From contig CAVQBA010000004.1 of the NCBI GenBank assembly GCA_963710605.1, forward strand, positions 736,001 through 800,000: a stretch of 64,000 nt of DNA, read 5' to 3'. Under the pieces are notes generated by a model. The model was not told where the DNA came from. It worked only from the letters and a program-made list of their open reading frames with translations, and searched no databases. Positions 21,889 to 32,511 of the stretch are shown one piece after another. The stretch is from an uncultured cyanobacterium. GTDB taxonomy: Bacteria; Cyanobacteriota; Cyanobacteriia; Cyanobacteriales; Cyanobacteriaceae. The translations under genes and the position numbers were made by a program. Position 1 is the first letter of the stretch. The number at the start of each line of letters is the position of its first letter.

Positions 21889-22028
21889 TTAAAATAGTAT
21901 TAATCATATCTAAAACTTGAATTTTCACCCCACCTTGTAATGAATTACAAGGCTAATAGATACCGTTTAATAAATTAAACTCAAATAAAATACCAAGAAT
22001 TGTCTCATCGTTATTTTAAACGATTATA
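21883..22028 (+). mobile_element. MITE-like element carrying the two-hairpin repeat (left end eroded)
   Basis: Nearly identical to 45410-45569 over about 130 bp; right end TGTCTCATCGTTATTTTAAACGATTATA. Confidence 0.8.
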
Positions 22029-22253
22029 AATATAAATTAATCATTATAAGTTTTTACTTCAACACAATCTAAGGTCATAACAAACGATTTTTTGCATACT
22101 ATAAAGCTAAATTCGATCGTCTATTTAGCAGGTTGGTTTGAAAGAATTAGTAAATGATAAAAATATCAGTTTAGTTAATGATAGTTGCTATTTTAGATTG
22201 AAGTTCGATCGTTTAACGTTAACAAAATGTGTTGAATTAATTAAAAAACAAGA

Positions 22254-22472
22254 TTAAGCAAACATCAAGGTTTTTATTTCGGGTAGAGGCTTACCATCTT
22301 CTTGATATTCTTCGACTAACATTTCTAAAACTTCTTGAGCGTTTTTTAATGCTTCTTCGTAAGTTTCACCATGAGTAACAGGTTGCATAACGTTTTTACA
22401 ACACTCAGGTAAACAAACTAAAAAACAATTATCTTCTTCACTCCACTGAATCATAATTGAGTATTTGATCAT
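22254..22472 (-). CDS. hicB: HicB-family antitoxin
   Basis: Y..I.WSEED..FLV..PE, THGETYEEALKNAQEVL and G.PLP motifs. Confidence 0.85.
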   Translation of the reverse strand: MIKYSIMIQWSEEDNCFLVCLPECCKNVMQPVTHGETYEEALKNAQEVLEMLVEEYQEDGKPLPEIKTLMFA

Positions 22473-22534
22473 TAATTTTCCTCGTTATTAATTTCTTTTA
22501 ATTCTTTTAGTGCAGTAATAACTTGTTTTTCTAA
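22472..22534 (-). pseudogene. 3' remnant of a HicA-like toxin gene
   Basis: Reads LEKQVITALKELKEINNEEN-stop, overlapping the hicB start (TAATG); cut off upstream by the repeat at 22538. Confidence 0.55.
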
Positions 22535-22537
22535 ATT

Positions 22538-22672
22538 TTGAGACAGTATTAATAATCATCAAAATGTAAACATGAAACTCGCCTTGCAATAAATTGACAA
22601 GGCTAACACTCATCCGTTTAATAAATTAAACTCAAAGAAAAGATTCTAAAATAGTCTCTCAATTTATTTTAA
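22538..22672 (+). mobile_element. Diverged MITE-like copy with the two-hairpin repeat
   Basis: TTGAGACAGTATTAAT..GCCTTG..CAAGGC..CCGTTTAATAAATTAAACTC. Confidence 0.7.
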
Positions 22673-22688
22673 CTAAAATAAAAATCTG

Positions 22689-22937
22689 ATGAATACTTAC
22701 AATTTTACTTTGATAATGTCTTCATCTAGCCAACAAATTAATAATTTGGAAGATTTATTATTTGAAGCAGGTTGTGATGATGCTACTTTGTCAATTTCTA
22801 ATGGAGTCACTTACTTGCAATTCGATCGAGAAGCCGATCAATTTTCTACTATTAATAGTGCAATCGAACAAGTTGAAAGTCTCAATAATTTATTTGTTAT
22901 TGAAAGGATAAATAACGATAATTTAATTACTCAATAG
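22689..22937 (+). CDS. Small hypothetical protein (LFEAGCDDA motif), possibly a truncated DNA-binding/antitoxin-like gene
   Basis: 82-aa ORF between two repeat copies. Confidence 0.5.
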   Translation: MNTYNFTLIMSSSSQQINNLEDLLFEAGCDDATLSISNGVTYLQFDREADQFSTINSAIEQVESLNNLFVIERINNDNLITQ

Positions 22938-23002
22938 ATAATTTATGTTAATGATTTAACACCAACATTTTGAATATATCGATCGTGTTTTGTTTTTCTT
23001 TA

Positions 23003-23163
23003 TATAGTGATTTCAAATAACGATGAGACAATTTTGGAGATTAAATTTGAGTTTAATTTATTAAACGGTATCTATTAGCCTTGTAATTTATACTCAAGGT
23101 GGGATAAAAATTTAAGTTAAAAGTATAATTAATACTGTCTCAATATTAATTGAAATGACTATA
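23003..23163 (-). mobile_element. Complete MITE-like element (161 bp) with 28-bp TIRs and two-hairpin core
   Basis: TATAGTGATTTCAAATAACGATGAGACA ... TGTCTCAATATTAATTGAAATGACTATA (23/28 match); TA at both ends. Confidence 0.85.
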
Positions 23164-23173
23164 TTTATTGGTT

Positions 23174-23238
23174 GTTGGGTTTCGCTTTTATATCGTATCT
23201 GGCTTATCCTCCAACTTATTCGGCTCAACCCAACCTAC
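23174..23238 (-). repeat. GTAG-type REP-like palindrome
   Basis: Minus strand GTAGGTTGGGTTGAGC...GCGAAACCCAAC. Confidence 0.55.
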
Positions 23239-23274
23239 TTAATTCTCTTACTAAACAATTCTCAATTCAAAAAC

Positions 23275-24030
23275 CTACCACGGTAAAATACCACCATCCC
23301 AATTAAAAAATTGACCGTTGTTTTTAGTCGTAAGCCGATCGATTACAGTTAGTAATTGTTGGGTACATAACTCAGTTGAAAAAAGTTTACCTTCAGGCAC
23401 ATTTTTCTGGAAAGGAAGAGACAATTGAGTATCAGTTGTGCCAGGGTGTAAAGCAATAACGATCGAATTTTTACTAACACGATTATATTCGATCGCCACA
23501 TTTTTAATCAACATATTCAACGCCGCTTTAGAAGCCCGATAGCCATACCAACCACCAAGGCGATTGTCTTCAATGCTACCAACTTTAGCTGAAATAGTTG
23601 CCCAAACCGAAAACTCAGGATGTTTAAATAAAGGTAACAAATGCTTACTAAGTAAAGCAGTGGGGATAGTATTAACTTCAAAATAACGTAATAAACGATC
23701 GGGGTTGATATGTCTTAAACTTTTTTCAGGTTGCAAATCATCCTCATGCAACATCCCCACACAGTTAATCGCTAAATGTAACTTAGTTATTTGAGCTTGA
23801 ATTTTACTTACCGCTTCTTCTATTTGAGCTTCATCAGTAACATCAACTTGTACTGTTATTAGTTTGTCAGGAAACGAACCCTCTAGCTTAAATAATTCTT
23901 GAGCTGTTTCCTTTCGGCGATAAGTCGCTATAATTTTTTGGACATCAGTATTTAATAATAATTGTTGAACAAATCCATAACCAATACCTTGAGTTGCCCC
24001 GACAATCAAAACATTTTTTAAACTAGTCAT
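23275..24030 (-). CDS. SDR oxidoreductase (CsgA/C-factor-like)
   Basis: GATQGIG, SAKVGSI.DN..GGWYGYRASKAALN and HPGT motifs. Confidence 0.88.
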   Translation of the reverse strand: MTSLKNVLIVGATQGIGYGFVQQLLLNTDVQKIIATYRRKETAQELFKLEGSFPDKLITVQVDVTDEAQIEEAVSKIQAQITKLHLAINCVGMLHEDDLQPEKSLRHINPDRLLRYFEVNTIPTALLSKHLLPLFKHPEFSVWATISAKVGSIEDNRLGGWYGYRASKAALNMLIKNVAIEYNRVSKNSIVIALHPGTTDTQLSLPFQKNVPEGKLFSTELCTQQLLTVIDRLTTKNNGQFFNWDGGILPW

Positions 24031-25337
24031 TATGAACGATCTTTTTTATCAACACGGTATTTAATCGAATCAGCATGAGAAGGTAAACCTTCAGCGGTGG
24101 CTAAATCAATAATTTCCTTCGCTACTTTCTGTAAAGCCTGAGGATTATATTCAATCAAACTAGAATATTTCATGAACGTTTCTACACCCAAAGCAGAAGC
24201 ATAACGAGCCGCCCCAGAAGTCGGTAAAGTATGGTTTGGCCCCGCTAAATAGTCACCCACAGCTTCAGGAGATGAATTACCTAAAAAGATAGCCCCAGCG
24301 TGACGAATCTGTTCAACCAAATCCCAAGGCGATTCTACTTCTAACTCCAAATGTTCGGGGGCAAAAATATTAGAAAATTCAGCCGCTTGAATTAGATCTT
24401 TTGCTAAGATAATGACACCATAATTAGCGATCGATTTTTCAGTTAAAGTTTTACGAGGATGATTTTTTAATTGCTCAGAAACTTCCTGTTGTACTTGAAT
24501 AGCTAATTTTTCACTATCAGTAACCAAAATAGCCGCCGCCATGGGATCATGTTCTGCCTGTGCCAACAAATCAACCGCTACATGGACAGGATTTGCGTTC
24601 TCATCGGCGATGATTAACACCTCACTAGGTCCTGCTAAAGAATCGATTCCCACTTGTCCAAATACTTGTTTTTTAGCCAGAGTAACATAAACATTACCCG
24701 GCCCTGTAATGACATCAACTTGAGGAATAGTTTGCGTACCATAAGCTAACGCCGCTACTGCTTGGGCACCACCAACACGATAAATCTCAGTCACTCCAGC
24801 TTCACTCGCCGCTACTAAAACAGCAGGATTAATTTTACCGTTTTCGCTAGGAGGAGTCACCATTACTATTCTGGGTACTTTAGCAACCTTAGCCGGAATT
24901 GCATTCATCAATACTGTACTTGGATATGAGGCTCTTCCACCTGGTACATATAAACCAGCTCGATCGACAGGAGTATAACGTCTGCCTAAAACAACATTAT
25001 CAGGGGCGAATTGTACCCATGATTGAGGTACTCTTTGTTGATGAAAATCTTCTATTTTTTTCGCCGCTAATTGAATAGCCTTGAGTAAATCACGAGAAAT
25101 TTTTTGGTAAGCTGTATCAATTTCTGAACCACTGACTTTAATTTGTTTAGCCGAAATGGTTTGTCCATCAAATTTTTCGGTATATTCAAGCAAGGCTTCA
25201 TCGCCTTTTTGTCTAACTGTGGCGATAATATCTTTGACAACGGCGGATTGCTTTTCTATATTGTCATTATTCGTCCGTTCGCTAATTCTGTGTAGTTCTT
25301 GTTGTGCTTCAGTTTGGTCTGTGATTATTCGCAACAT
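24030..25337 (-). CDS. hisD: Histidinol dehydrogenase
   Basis: YVPGG.A.YPS, GPGN, AGPSE, QAEHD, APEHL and GPNHTLPT motifs. Confidence 0.97.
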   Translation of the reverse strand: MLRIITDQTEAQQELHRISERTNNDNIEKQSAVVKDIIATVRQKGDEALLEYTEKFDGQTISAKQIKVSGSEIDTAYQKISRDLLKAIQLAAKKIEDFHQQRVPQSWVQFAPDNVVLGRRYTPVDRAGLYVPGGRASYPSTVLMNAIPAKVAKVPRIVMVTPPSENGKINPAVLVAASEAGVTEIYRVGGAQAVAALAYGTQTIPQVDVITGPGNVYVTLAKKQVFGQVGIDSLAGPSEVLIIADENANPVHVAVDLLAQAEHDPMAAAILVTDSEKLAIQVQQEVSEQLKNHPRKTLTEKSIANYGVIILAKDLIQAAEFSNIFAPEHLELEVESPWDLVEQIRHAGAIFLGNSSPEAVGDYLAGPNHTLPTSGAARYASALGVETFMKYSSLIEYNPQALQKVAKEIIDLATAEGLPSHADSIKYRVDKKDRS

Positions 25338-25518
25338 CTAGATTCTATCAAATTAAATAAACCTTAAACTCATTTTCCTATCATAACAATTATCAATGAG
25401 CAATTAGCAATTAGTAATTAGCAATGGGCAATTAACGATGGTTAAGTAGAGGGATCGAATCTAAGATAGAATGTATGAATTGAAGAGAGATTTACTTTAG
25501 TTTATTGATATTCTATCT

Positions 25519-26850
25519 ATGTTTAATCGTGTCCTTCGCTCTACTAAACGCTGGATTAGTAATAACTCAGAAAATGCTCTAGAAGAAGCTTATCAAAGAG
25601 CGTTGGCAATCAAAAAAATTGAAGATGAACATTTCCAAGGACAAAAAATAAGCCGTACCAATTGTAATTATGGTGAAACTGTCTGGAGTTATTTTCAAGG
25701 GCAATTACAATCGAATCTCAACGCAATCAAATTAAGAGTTGGTCAATTTAAAACTAATAAGTCTATCTATAGTTTTATTAATTCTAACCGTAAATCAGCT
25801 TATTCAAACTCAATCAAGAATACGACTAATTACGAACAAGAAGTTATTTTAGAAAAACTTAGCTTTATTGATCAAATAATTAATAAATATAATCTTGTCT
25901 ATCGTCAAACAGTTTCTGATAAATCTACTCTAACAACTACAGATAATAGTTCTAAGATTCAATTACAAAAATCTAGTCAAAAACCAACCTATTCGATCGA
26001 TAACAAACAAACAAGTTTAGAATCAGAGATGGAAACTGTTTCTGATAAAACTAGTATTTTACCACGTTCTTTTTTACGTACCCTCGATCGAATTAAGCAA
26101 GAAATTAATCCAGAATCTTCCGAAACAGAGCAAGATGTAATTAATAAATTTCGCAAATCTAAATATAAAACAGCTATCTCAATTAAATTCTTATTAATTT
26201 TAATTATCGTACCTTTATTGGTTCATAATATTAGTAAAATTACTTTAGGACAAGTATTTATTGATCCTTATTTTGACCAACACGAGCAGATTATCTTTAT
26301 CAACCAAAACTTAGAAGAAGAAGCATTAGTAGAGTTAAGAACATTTGAAGACAATCTTAGGCTTAGAAGTATAATCGGCTTAACAGCTTCTGTATCATCA
26401 GAGGAAAAAGAAGAAAAAATACGAGAAAAAGCGATCGAATTAGCTGAAGATTATCGTAACCAAAGTTCAAATGCAGTCAAAAATGTTTTCGCTGATATAT
26501 TATCTTTAATTGCTTTTGGTGCAGTAGTTTATTATAGTAAAAACGAATTATTAGTTCTCAAATCTTTTATTGATGAAATTATTTATGGCTTGAGCGATTC
26601 AGCCAAAGCATTCTTAATCATCTTATTTACTGATATGTTTGTTGGTTTCCACTCACCCCATGGCTGGGAAATTATTTTAGAAAGCGTTGCTCGTCATTTT
26701 GGTTTACCTGAAAACAGAGACTTCAACTTTTTGTTTATTGCCACATTTCCTGTTATCTTAGACACTGTTTTGAAATATTGGATTTTCCGTTATCTCAATC
26801 GAATTTCTCCTTCTTCGGTAGCCACTTACAAAAACATGAATGAATCCTAA
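25519..26850 (+). CDS. pxcA: Proton extrusion protein PxcA (CemA family)
   Basis: LSDSAKAFLIILFTDMFVGFHSPHGWE and FPVILDT..KYWIFRYLNRISPS motifs. Confidence 0.93.
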   Translation: MFNRVLRSTKRWISNNSENALEEAYQRALAIKKIEDEHFQGQKISRTNCNYGETVWSYFQGQLQSNLNAIKLRVGQFKTNKSIYSFINSNRKSAYSNSIKNTTNYEQEVILEKLSFIDQIINKYNLVYRQTVSDKSTLTTTDNSSKIQLQKSSQKPTYSIDNKQTSLESEMETVSDKTSILPRSFLRTLDRIKQEINPESSETEQDVINKFRKSKYKTAISIKFLLILIIVPLLVHNISKITLGQVFIDPYFDQHEQIIFINQNLEEEALVELRTFEDNLRLRSIIGLTASVSSEEKEEKIREKAIELAEDYRNQSSNAVKNVFADILSLIAFGAVVYYSKNELLVLKSFIDEIIYGLSDSAKAFLIILFTDMFVGFHSPHGWEIILESVARHFGLPENRDFNFLFIATFPVILDTVLKYWIFRYLNRISPSSVATYKNMNES

Positions 26851-26950
26851 TAGTTAAGAGTTAACAGTTAAAAGTTAAAAGTTATAAATAATAATTGACA
26901 ATACTTCTTACTCATCTTTCTTCCTTATTCATTATTTACTTACTTTCCTA

Positions 26951-26978
26951 TTCCCTATTCCCTATTCCCTATTCCCTA
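26951..26978. repeat. Heptamer tandem repeat (TTCCCTA)x4
   Basis: Directly upstream of the smc start codon. Confidence 0.85.
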
Positions 26979-26986
26979 TTACTACG

Positions 26987-29900
26987 ATGGTTTATGTTAA
27001 AAAAGTAGAATTATCTCGCTTCAAATCTTTTGGTGGTAGTAATTCAGTACCTCTTTTAGATGGTTTTACAGTCGTTTCGGGACCAAATGGTTCGGGAAAA
27101 TCGAATATTTTAGATGCTTTATTATTCTGTCTTGGTTTGGCTAGCTCGAAGGGGATGAGGGCGGATAGGTTACCTGATTTGATTAATAATAGTCATAAAA
27201 GTAACGGCAAAGCGCAAGAAACGATCGTTTCTGTTACTTTTGATTTAGGTAATCTAGAAGAATTACAAAATGATAATACTACGAATAAAGACAAAAATAT
27301 AACAGAAGATGAAGAGATAAACTCTCTGGTTTCAATGTCAGAATTAAAAATTACTCGTCGTTTGCGGGTAACTAAAGGTGGTAGTTATACTTCTACTTTT
27401 TATATTAATGACGAACCTTCTACCGCTACATTATTACATGAGTATCTACAACGCTTAAGAATTTATCCTGAAGGTTATAACGTTGTTTTACAAGGGGATG
27501 TGACTAGAATTATTTCTATGAATTCTCGTGAGCGAAGAGAGATTATTGATGAGTTGGCGGGTGTAGCAGAATTCGATCGTAAAATTGTCCAAACCAAAAC
27601 GACTTTAGATGATGTTAAAGAAAGAGAAGAAAAATGTCAGATTATCCAACAAGAGTTAGTTGAAAATAGTGCAAAATTAAAAGAAGACTCGGAAAAAGCA
27701 TCTAAATATCAAACTTTAAAAGGACAAATAATCGAAAAGAAACAACTGGCTATCATCATCAACGATCGTTATTTACAACAACAACAAGACGATATTAAAC
27801 AACAACTAACTAAAGTAAATAATGATCAAAAAAAAGCAATTAAAGAACAAAATAATTTCAGCATACAATTGAGAGAAAGTCAAGAAAAATTAGCTAAATT
27901 AAATGTAGAAATAAAAGCATTAGGAGAAGAAGAAAAAATATCAATCGCTTCTAAATTAGCAACCGACAAAGCTAAGCGACAACAGTTAGAAAAAAGAGTT
28001 GTTGAAATTACTAATACCAGAAGCCAACTAACTCACAAACAAAAAACAATTCAAGATAATATTGTTACTAATCAAACTAATATCGATCGATTATCAACCG
28101 AAATTACTAGTTTGAATCAAAACATTATACCTGTATTAGAAAATGAATTAGAAATTAGTAAATCAGAATTATTAACTAGTAAACAAGAAGCCGAAAAAAT
28201 AGCATCTAAATCTCAAGCGTGGGTAAGTAAACAAACAGAATTAACTCAAGTAATTAATAGTATTCAAAAAGAATTAAATCCACAAGTAACGAATGAAGCA
28301 GTCTTAAATCAAAGATGTGAACAACGACAGACAAATATTGAATCAGAAAACGAACAACTAACTCAATTTACAACAGAAATAGACGAGAAAAAAATCGCAA
28401 TAAATCAGTTAGAAAGCCAAATAACTAATTCAAAATCGACAATTCAAAATATAGCTGAAAACTTAGCCAGTATCGAAGCTGATGTCACCCTTAACCAAGA
28501 AACGATCAATCGATTACAATTAGAGCAAAGAGATAAACAACGACAACTAGATAAATTAGAAGCCACCAAACAAGCCCAACAAGAAGCCCAAGGCACTTAT
28601 GCGAGTAAAATCATTCTTAATTCAGATTTACCAGGAGTTTGTGGTTTAGTCGCTCAGTTAGGAGAAGTTGAGTCACGTTACCAAAAAGCCTTGGAAATAG
28701 CCGCCGGAAGCCGTTTAGGCTTTATTGTTGTTGAAGATGACACGATCGCATCTATGGCTATCAAACTGCTCAAACAAGAGCGAGGAGGAAGGGCAACTTT
28801 TTTACCGCTTAATAAAATCAAATCCCCTCGTCTGCCTAGTAATAACAGTATTATGACTACTAGAGGTGCGATTGATTGGGCGGTTAATTTAATTGATTTT
28901 GAACCAGAATATGAATCTATTTTCGGTTTTGTTTTCGGTAATACCGTCATTTTTGAAGACTTGAATACTGCTCGTAATTTCTTAGGTAAATATCGGATGG
29001 TGACATTGGATGGAGAATTATTAGAAGCGAGTGGAGCGATGACAGGTGGTAGTCTTTCTAAACGATCGTCTTTGAGTTTTGGGCGAGTATCTCAAGGGGA
29101 ATCAGCGGATTTTCGTGACTTAAGCGATCGAATTACCGAAATTGAAAATATAATCCCTCAGCTTAATGTCAAAATAGCACAAAAAAAAGAAAAAATCAAA
29201 ACCCTCGTTGAACAACTAAGTATCGCTAGACAAAAAAGACAAAAAACACAATTATTACTCGAACAAAATCAAAAAGAAATTACTCGTTTAGAAACCCAAA
29301 AAGAAAAAATAATTCAAAGTAATGCTAACAATTATGAAGAATTAGTAAAAGACAAACAAGAGTTAGCAAATCTAGTTGAAAATATTCCTTTACTAACTAA
29401 TGAATTAGAAATAACACAGTTAGAATTAAAACAATTAGAAGAAAGTTATGATAACGAAGAATGGCAAAATCTACAAAAAATCATTAATCAAAAAGAAACT
29501 ATTGTCGAAGAAAAACAGTTAAAATTAAATAATCGAAAAGAAGAGTTACAACAACTAACTAACTCAGAACAAGATTTAACTAATAAAACTATTCAAGCTC
29601 AAGAAAGTATTACCAAAATAGCTGAAGAGTTAGTTGAGTTAAAACAAGAAGAAATAAATGTTAATCAAGAAATAGAATCTGTTCAAGAAAATATTAGTCA
29701 AAATAATATTCTTTATCAAGAATTAGCTCAAAAAATAGAAGGAATAAAACAACAAAGAGATAATCAAGAATTAGACGTTAAAAAAATAGAAAGTGCGAGT
29801 AAGAAGATTGAATGGCAACTAGAAAAGTTAGTGTTAAAGCATCAAGAATTACAAACCCAATTAGCTGAGCTGAAAGAAACTCATGCAGAAATAAAAGTAG

Positions 29901-30616
29901 AGTTACCGACACCGTTACCAGAGATTCCTTGGTTACAAGAACAAGAAAAGATTACTGTAAATATCTTAGCTGAAAAACTAGCTAAAACTAATCAAGAAAT
30001 TAAAAAAATAGAAAAAAAATTAGAAGCTTTAGAACCTGTTAATATGATGGCTTTAGAGCAATACGAAAAGAATCAAGAAAGGCTAACTGAGTTATCAGAA
30101 AAACTAGCTACATTAGCAGGAGAAAGAACAGAATTATTATTAAGAGTAGAGAATTTTACTACCTTAAGATTAAGAGCTTTTAAAGAATCTTTTGATGCAG
30201 TTAATGATAACTTTCAATCTATTTTTGCTACTTTATCTGATGGTGATGGTTATTTAAAATTAGAAGATTCAAATAATCCTTTTAATGGTGGTTTAACCTT
30301 AGTTGCTCACCCTAAAGGAAAGTCAGTACAAAGATTAAGTTCGATGTCGGGAGGAGAAAAATCTTTGACTGCTTTAAGTTTTATTTTTGCCTTACAAAGA
30401 TACCGCCCTTCACCTTTTTATGCTTTTGATGAAGTGGATATGTTTTTAGATGGGGCGAATGTAGAAAAGTTATCGAAGATGATTCAAACACAAGCCCAAC
30501 AAGCTCAATTTATTGTGGTTAGTTTAAGAAGACCGATGATTGAAGCCGCCCAAAGAACGATTGGTGTTACACAGGCTAAAGGTGCTTATACACAGGTGAT
30601 AGGAATTAATTTATAA
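26987..30616 (+). CDS. smc: Chromosome segregation protein SMC
   Basis: FKSF, GPNGSGKSN, hinge (GRATFLPLNK, SGAMTGG), MSGGEK and FDEVD motifs; long coiled coils. Confidence 0.97.
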   Translation: MVYVKKVELSRFKSFGGSNSVPLLDGFTVVSGPNGSGKSNILDALLFCLGLASSKGMRADRLPDLINNSHKSNGKAQETIVSVTFDLGNLEELQNDNTTNKDKNITEDEEINSLVSMSELKITRRLRVTKGGSYTSTFYINDEPSTATLLHEYLQRLRIYPEGYNVVLQGDVTRIISMNSRERREIIDELAGVAEFDRKIVQTKTTLDDVKEREEKCQIIQQELVENSAKLKEDSEKASKYQTLKGQIIEKKQLAIIINDRYLQQQQDDIKQQLTKVNNDQKKAIKEQNNFSIQLRESQEKLAKLNVEIKALGEEEKISIASKLATDKAKRQQLEKRVVEITNTRSQLTHKQKTIQDNIVTNQTNIDRLSTEITSLNQNIIPVLENELEISKSELLTSKQEAEKIASKSQAWVSKQTELTQVINSIQKELNPQVTNEAVLNQRCEQRQTNIESENEQLTQFTTEIDEKKIAINQLESQITNSKSTIQNIAENLASIEADVTLNQETINRLQLEQRDKQRQLDKLEATKQAQQEAQGTYASKIILNSDLPGVCGLVAQLGEVESRYQKALEIAAGSRLGFIVVEDDTIASMAIKLLKQERGGRATFLPLNKIKSPRLPSNNSIMTTRGAIDWAVNLIDFEPEYESIFGFVFGNTVIFEDLNTARNFLGKYRMVTLDGELLEASGAMTGGSLSKRSSLSFGRVSQGESADFRDLSDRITEIENIIPQLNVKIAQKKEKIKTLVEQLSIARQKRQKTQLLLEQNQKEITRLETQKEKIIQSNANNYEELVKDKQELANLVENIPLLTNELEITQLELKQLEESYDNEEWQNLQKIINQKETIVEEKQLKLNNRKEELQQLTNSEQDLTNKTIQAQESITKIAEELVELKQEEINVNQEIESVQENISQNNILYQELAQKIEGIKQQRDNQELDVKKIESASKKIEWQLEKLVLKHQELQTQLAELKETHAEIKVELPTPLPEIPWLQEQEKITVNILAEKLAKTNQEIKKIEKKLEALEPVNMMALEQYEKNQERLTELSEKLATLAGERTELLLRVENFTTLRLRAFKESFDAVNDNFQSIFATLSDGDGYLKLEDSNNPFNGGLTLVAHPKGKSVQRLSSMSGGEKSLTALSFIFALQRYRPSPFYAFDEVDMFLDGANVEKLSKMIQTQAQQAQFIVVSLRRPMIEAAQRTIGVTQAKGAYTQVIGINL

Positions 30617-30625
30617 AGCGATTAT

Positions 30626-30724
30626 TATAGTAGCCTTGGTAAGATATTCAACCACCCCTAACCCCTCCTTCACAAGGAGGGGAACTTGATTCAACTGTCA
30701 AAAATTAACTTATTTACTGCTATA
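30626..30724. mobile_element. MITE-like shell (TATAG...CTATA) with a CCCCTAACCCCTCCTT..AAGGAGGGGAA hairpin
   Basis: TA-bounded ends; the same hairpin recurs at about 57668-57700 and in related form at 42512-42550. Confidence 0.55.
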
Positions 30725-30895
30725 TCAGACAATATGTAATAGTTGACGATCGAAAGAAAGTTCGTAATAATGACCTTAGTCATAAATCGCCGATAAATTA
30801 TCATTGTTGTTACTAATAGATTAGGCTACGCACTGAGCGATTTTTGTTAGCGTTGAATTTAAATTTAAGGTCTTTTATTCGTAGCAATCAAGAGA

Positions 30896-31455
30896 TGAAA
30901 AATTTAAAAATAATTTTTATAAGTTTAGTTTCTACATTATCCTATGTACCTGTAGCTTACTCAGGTGGTCCTTATTGGCAATTTAAAGTGAATGATATTA
31001 GCAAAATTGGTACTAACTATCATCAAATTAAAGTTACCCCGATTGGTTCATCTAACAATGAGCGTGATAAATTTTTTCCGTATGAATGTCCAGAAGTGAT
31101 TATTTTCGCAAAATATATTTCTAAAAATGATTATCCACCACATATGTTTAATTTGGAAAGTTATAATCAGGCAATATCTTTAATCAAAGATGCTCATTCT
31201 CAAAATAAGGAAATTTCGATTGGGGAAATAAATCTACTAGGTTTGGAATCAGATATTAAAGTAAAAGAAAGTGAAAAGAATATGATTGAGTTTTTAATAA
31301 GTATAATAAAAATAATTTTTTTCAACTCTGAAAATCAAAACGTAAATCAAACTCAAATTGAAAAGATGCGTAGTTGTAAAGTTCACAGCAAAGGTTTAGA
31401 AATTTTTGAATTCTCTGATAACGACAAAGCTATATACTCGTATTATCATGATTAG
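30896..31455 (+). CDS. Hypothetical exported protein
   Basis: Probable ATG at 30896 gives a signal-peptide-like MKNLKIIFISLVSTLSYVPVAYS; very AT-rich. Confidence 0.55.
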
Positions 31456-31459
31456 TAAA

Positions 31460-31600
31460 TCGCCTTGGGTATGAATTGACAAGGCTCAAAAATGTCGTTC
31501 ATTAAAATGAACTAAAGTAAAGGACTTGCGATTTTAAATGAAGCTTAGTTTAATTTATTAAACGATTTCTATTAGCCTTGAATTTTAATTCAAGGTGGGT
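31460..31600. repeat. Inverted doublet of the two-hairpin repeat (REPIN-like)
   Basis: Forward unit 31462-31512 and reverse unit 31548-31600. Confidence 0.75.
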
Positions 31601-31750
31601 TTACTTCCTGATAATCAGTTTTCTTAAAAGTGCATATTTTCTGATGATGGATAGGATAAACAAAATGAGTAGGGGTTTATGGCATAAACCCAATGCCAAT
31701 TTATAATTAATTATCTAAGAAGAAATCTAAGGATGAATAATGAGTGAAAA

Positions 31751-32434
31751 TTATCCTTCTCTTTGTTCTAAAATAAATTGAGCAATAGTTAAATCGATCG
31801 GTGTTGTCACTTTTAAATTAGTTTCTTCTCCTTCCACAATCTGCACCGCAAAACCACATTTTTCGAGTAAAGCCGCATCATCAGTCACTTGCCAACCTTG
31901 AGCTAAACCTTGATTGTGACATTTTTTAAGTAACTCAACCTGAAAACCTTGAGGTGTTTGTGCCGCCCAAAGATTATCTCTGACAGGTGTATCAACAATG
32001 GTCAAATCAGTATCAACTACTTTGATTGTATCTTTAACAGGTACACCAGCTATCAATCCTTGGCAATTAAGAATAGACTCCGCACATCGATCGAATAATT
32101 GTGGGGTTGCTAAACAACGAGCGCCATCATGAATTAAAACCTGCCTTGCCGAATCAGGTAAAGCCTGTAAGCCATTATATACAGACTGTTGTCTTGTTTC
32201 TCCTCCTAAAATAAGCTCGACTGGTTTAGTCGGGTTAACTTGAGCAATTATGTCTTTAAATGCAGGAAAATCATAAGTTTGCCCCATAATACCAATCCAT
32301 TTAATTTTAGTTGAGGCGTTTGCCGCTATCAATGTCCAAGCTAGAAGTGGTTTGCCTTTAAGTTGTAAGAGTAGCTTATTTTCATTACTACCCATTCTTT
32401 TACCTACACCTGCGGCTGGAATTAATAAAAACAT
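31751..32434 (-). CDS. ispD: 2-C-methyl-D-erythritol 4-phosphate cytidylyltransferase
   Basis: PAAG.G.RM, GG.TRQ.SV, IHDGAR, AQTPQ, TDDA and NLKVTT motifs. Confidence 0.95.
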   Translation of the reverse strand: MFLLIPAAGVGKRMGSNENKLLLQLKGKPLLAWTLIAANASTKIKWIGIMGQTYDFPAFKDIIAQVNPTKPVELILGGETRQQSVYNGLQALPDSARQVLIHDGARCLATPQLFDRCAESILNCQGLIAGVPVKDTIKVVDTDLTIVDTPVRDNLWAAQTPQGFQVELLKKCHNQGLAQGWQVTDDAALLEKCGFAVQIVEGEETNLKVTTPIDLTIAQFILEQREG

Positions 32435-32511
32435 AATTTTAACAATTGATAATGAACGATCGATCGTACAGATAATTTAATTATCAACTATCAACTATCA
32501 ACTATCAAATA

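Noticed and set aside
21883-23163. Three similar repeats in 1.3 kb as a possible CRISPR array or integron cassette array
   Set aside because: Units are over 130 bp, in mixed orientation and irregularly spaced; no cas gene or integrase nearby
30805-30855. attC-like end (..GAGCGATTTTTGTTAGCG) before the orphan ORF
   Set aside because: No convincing RYYYAAC partner box or paired arms, and no integron integrase in the window
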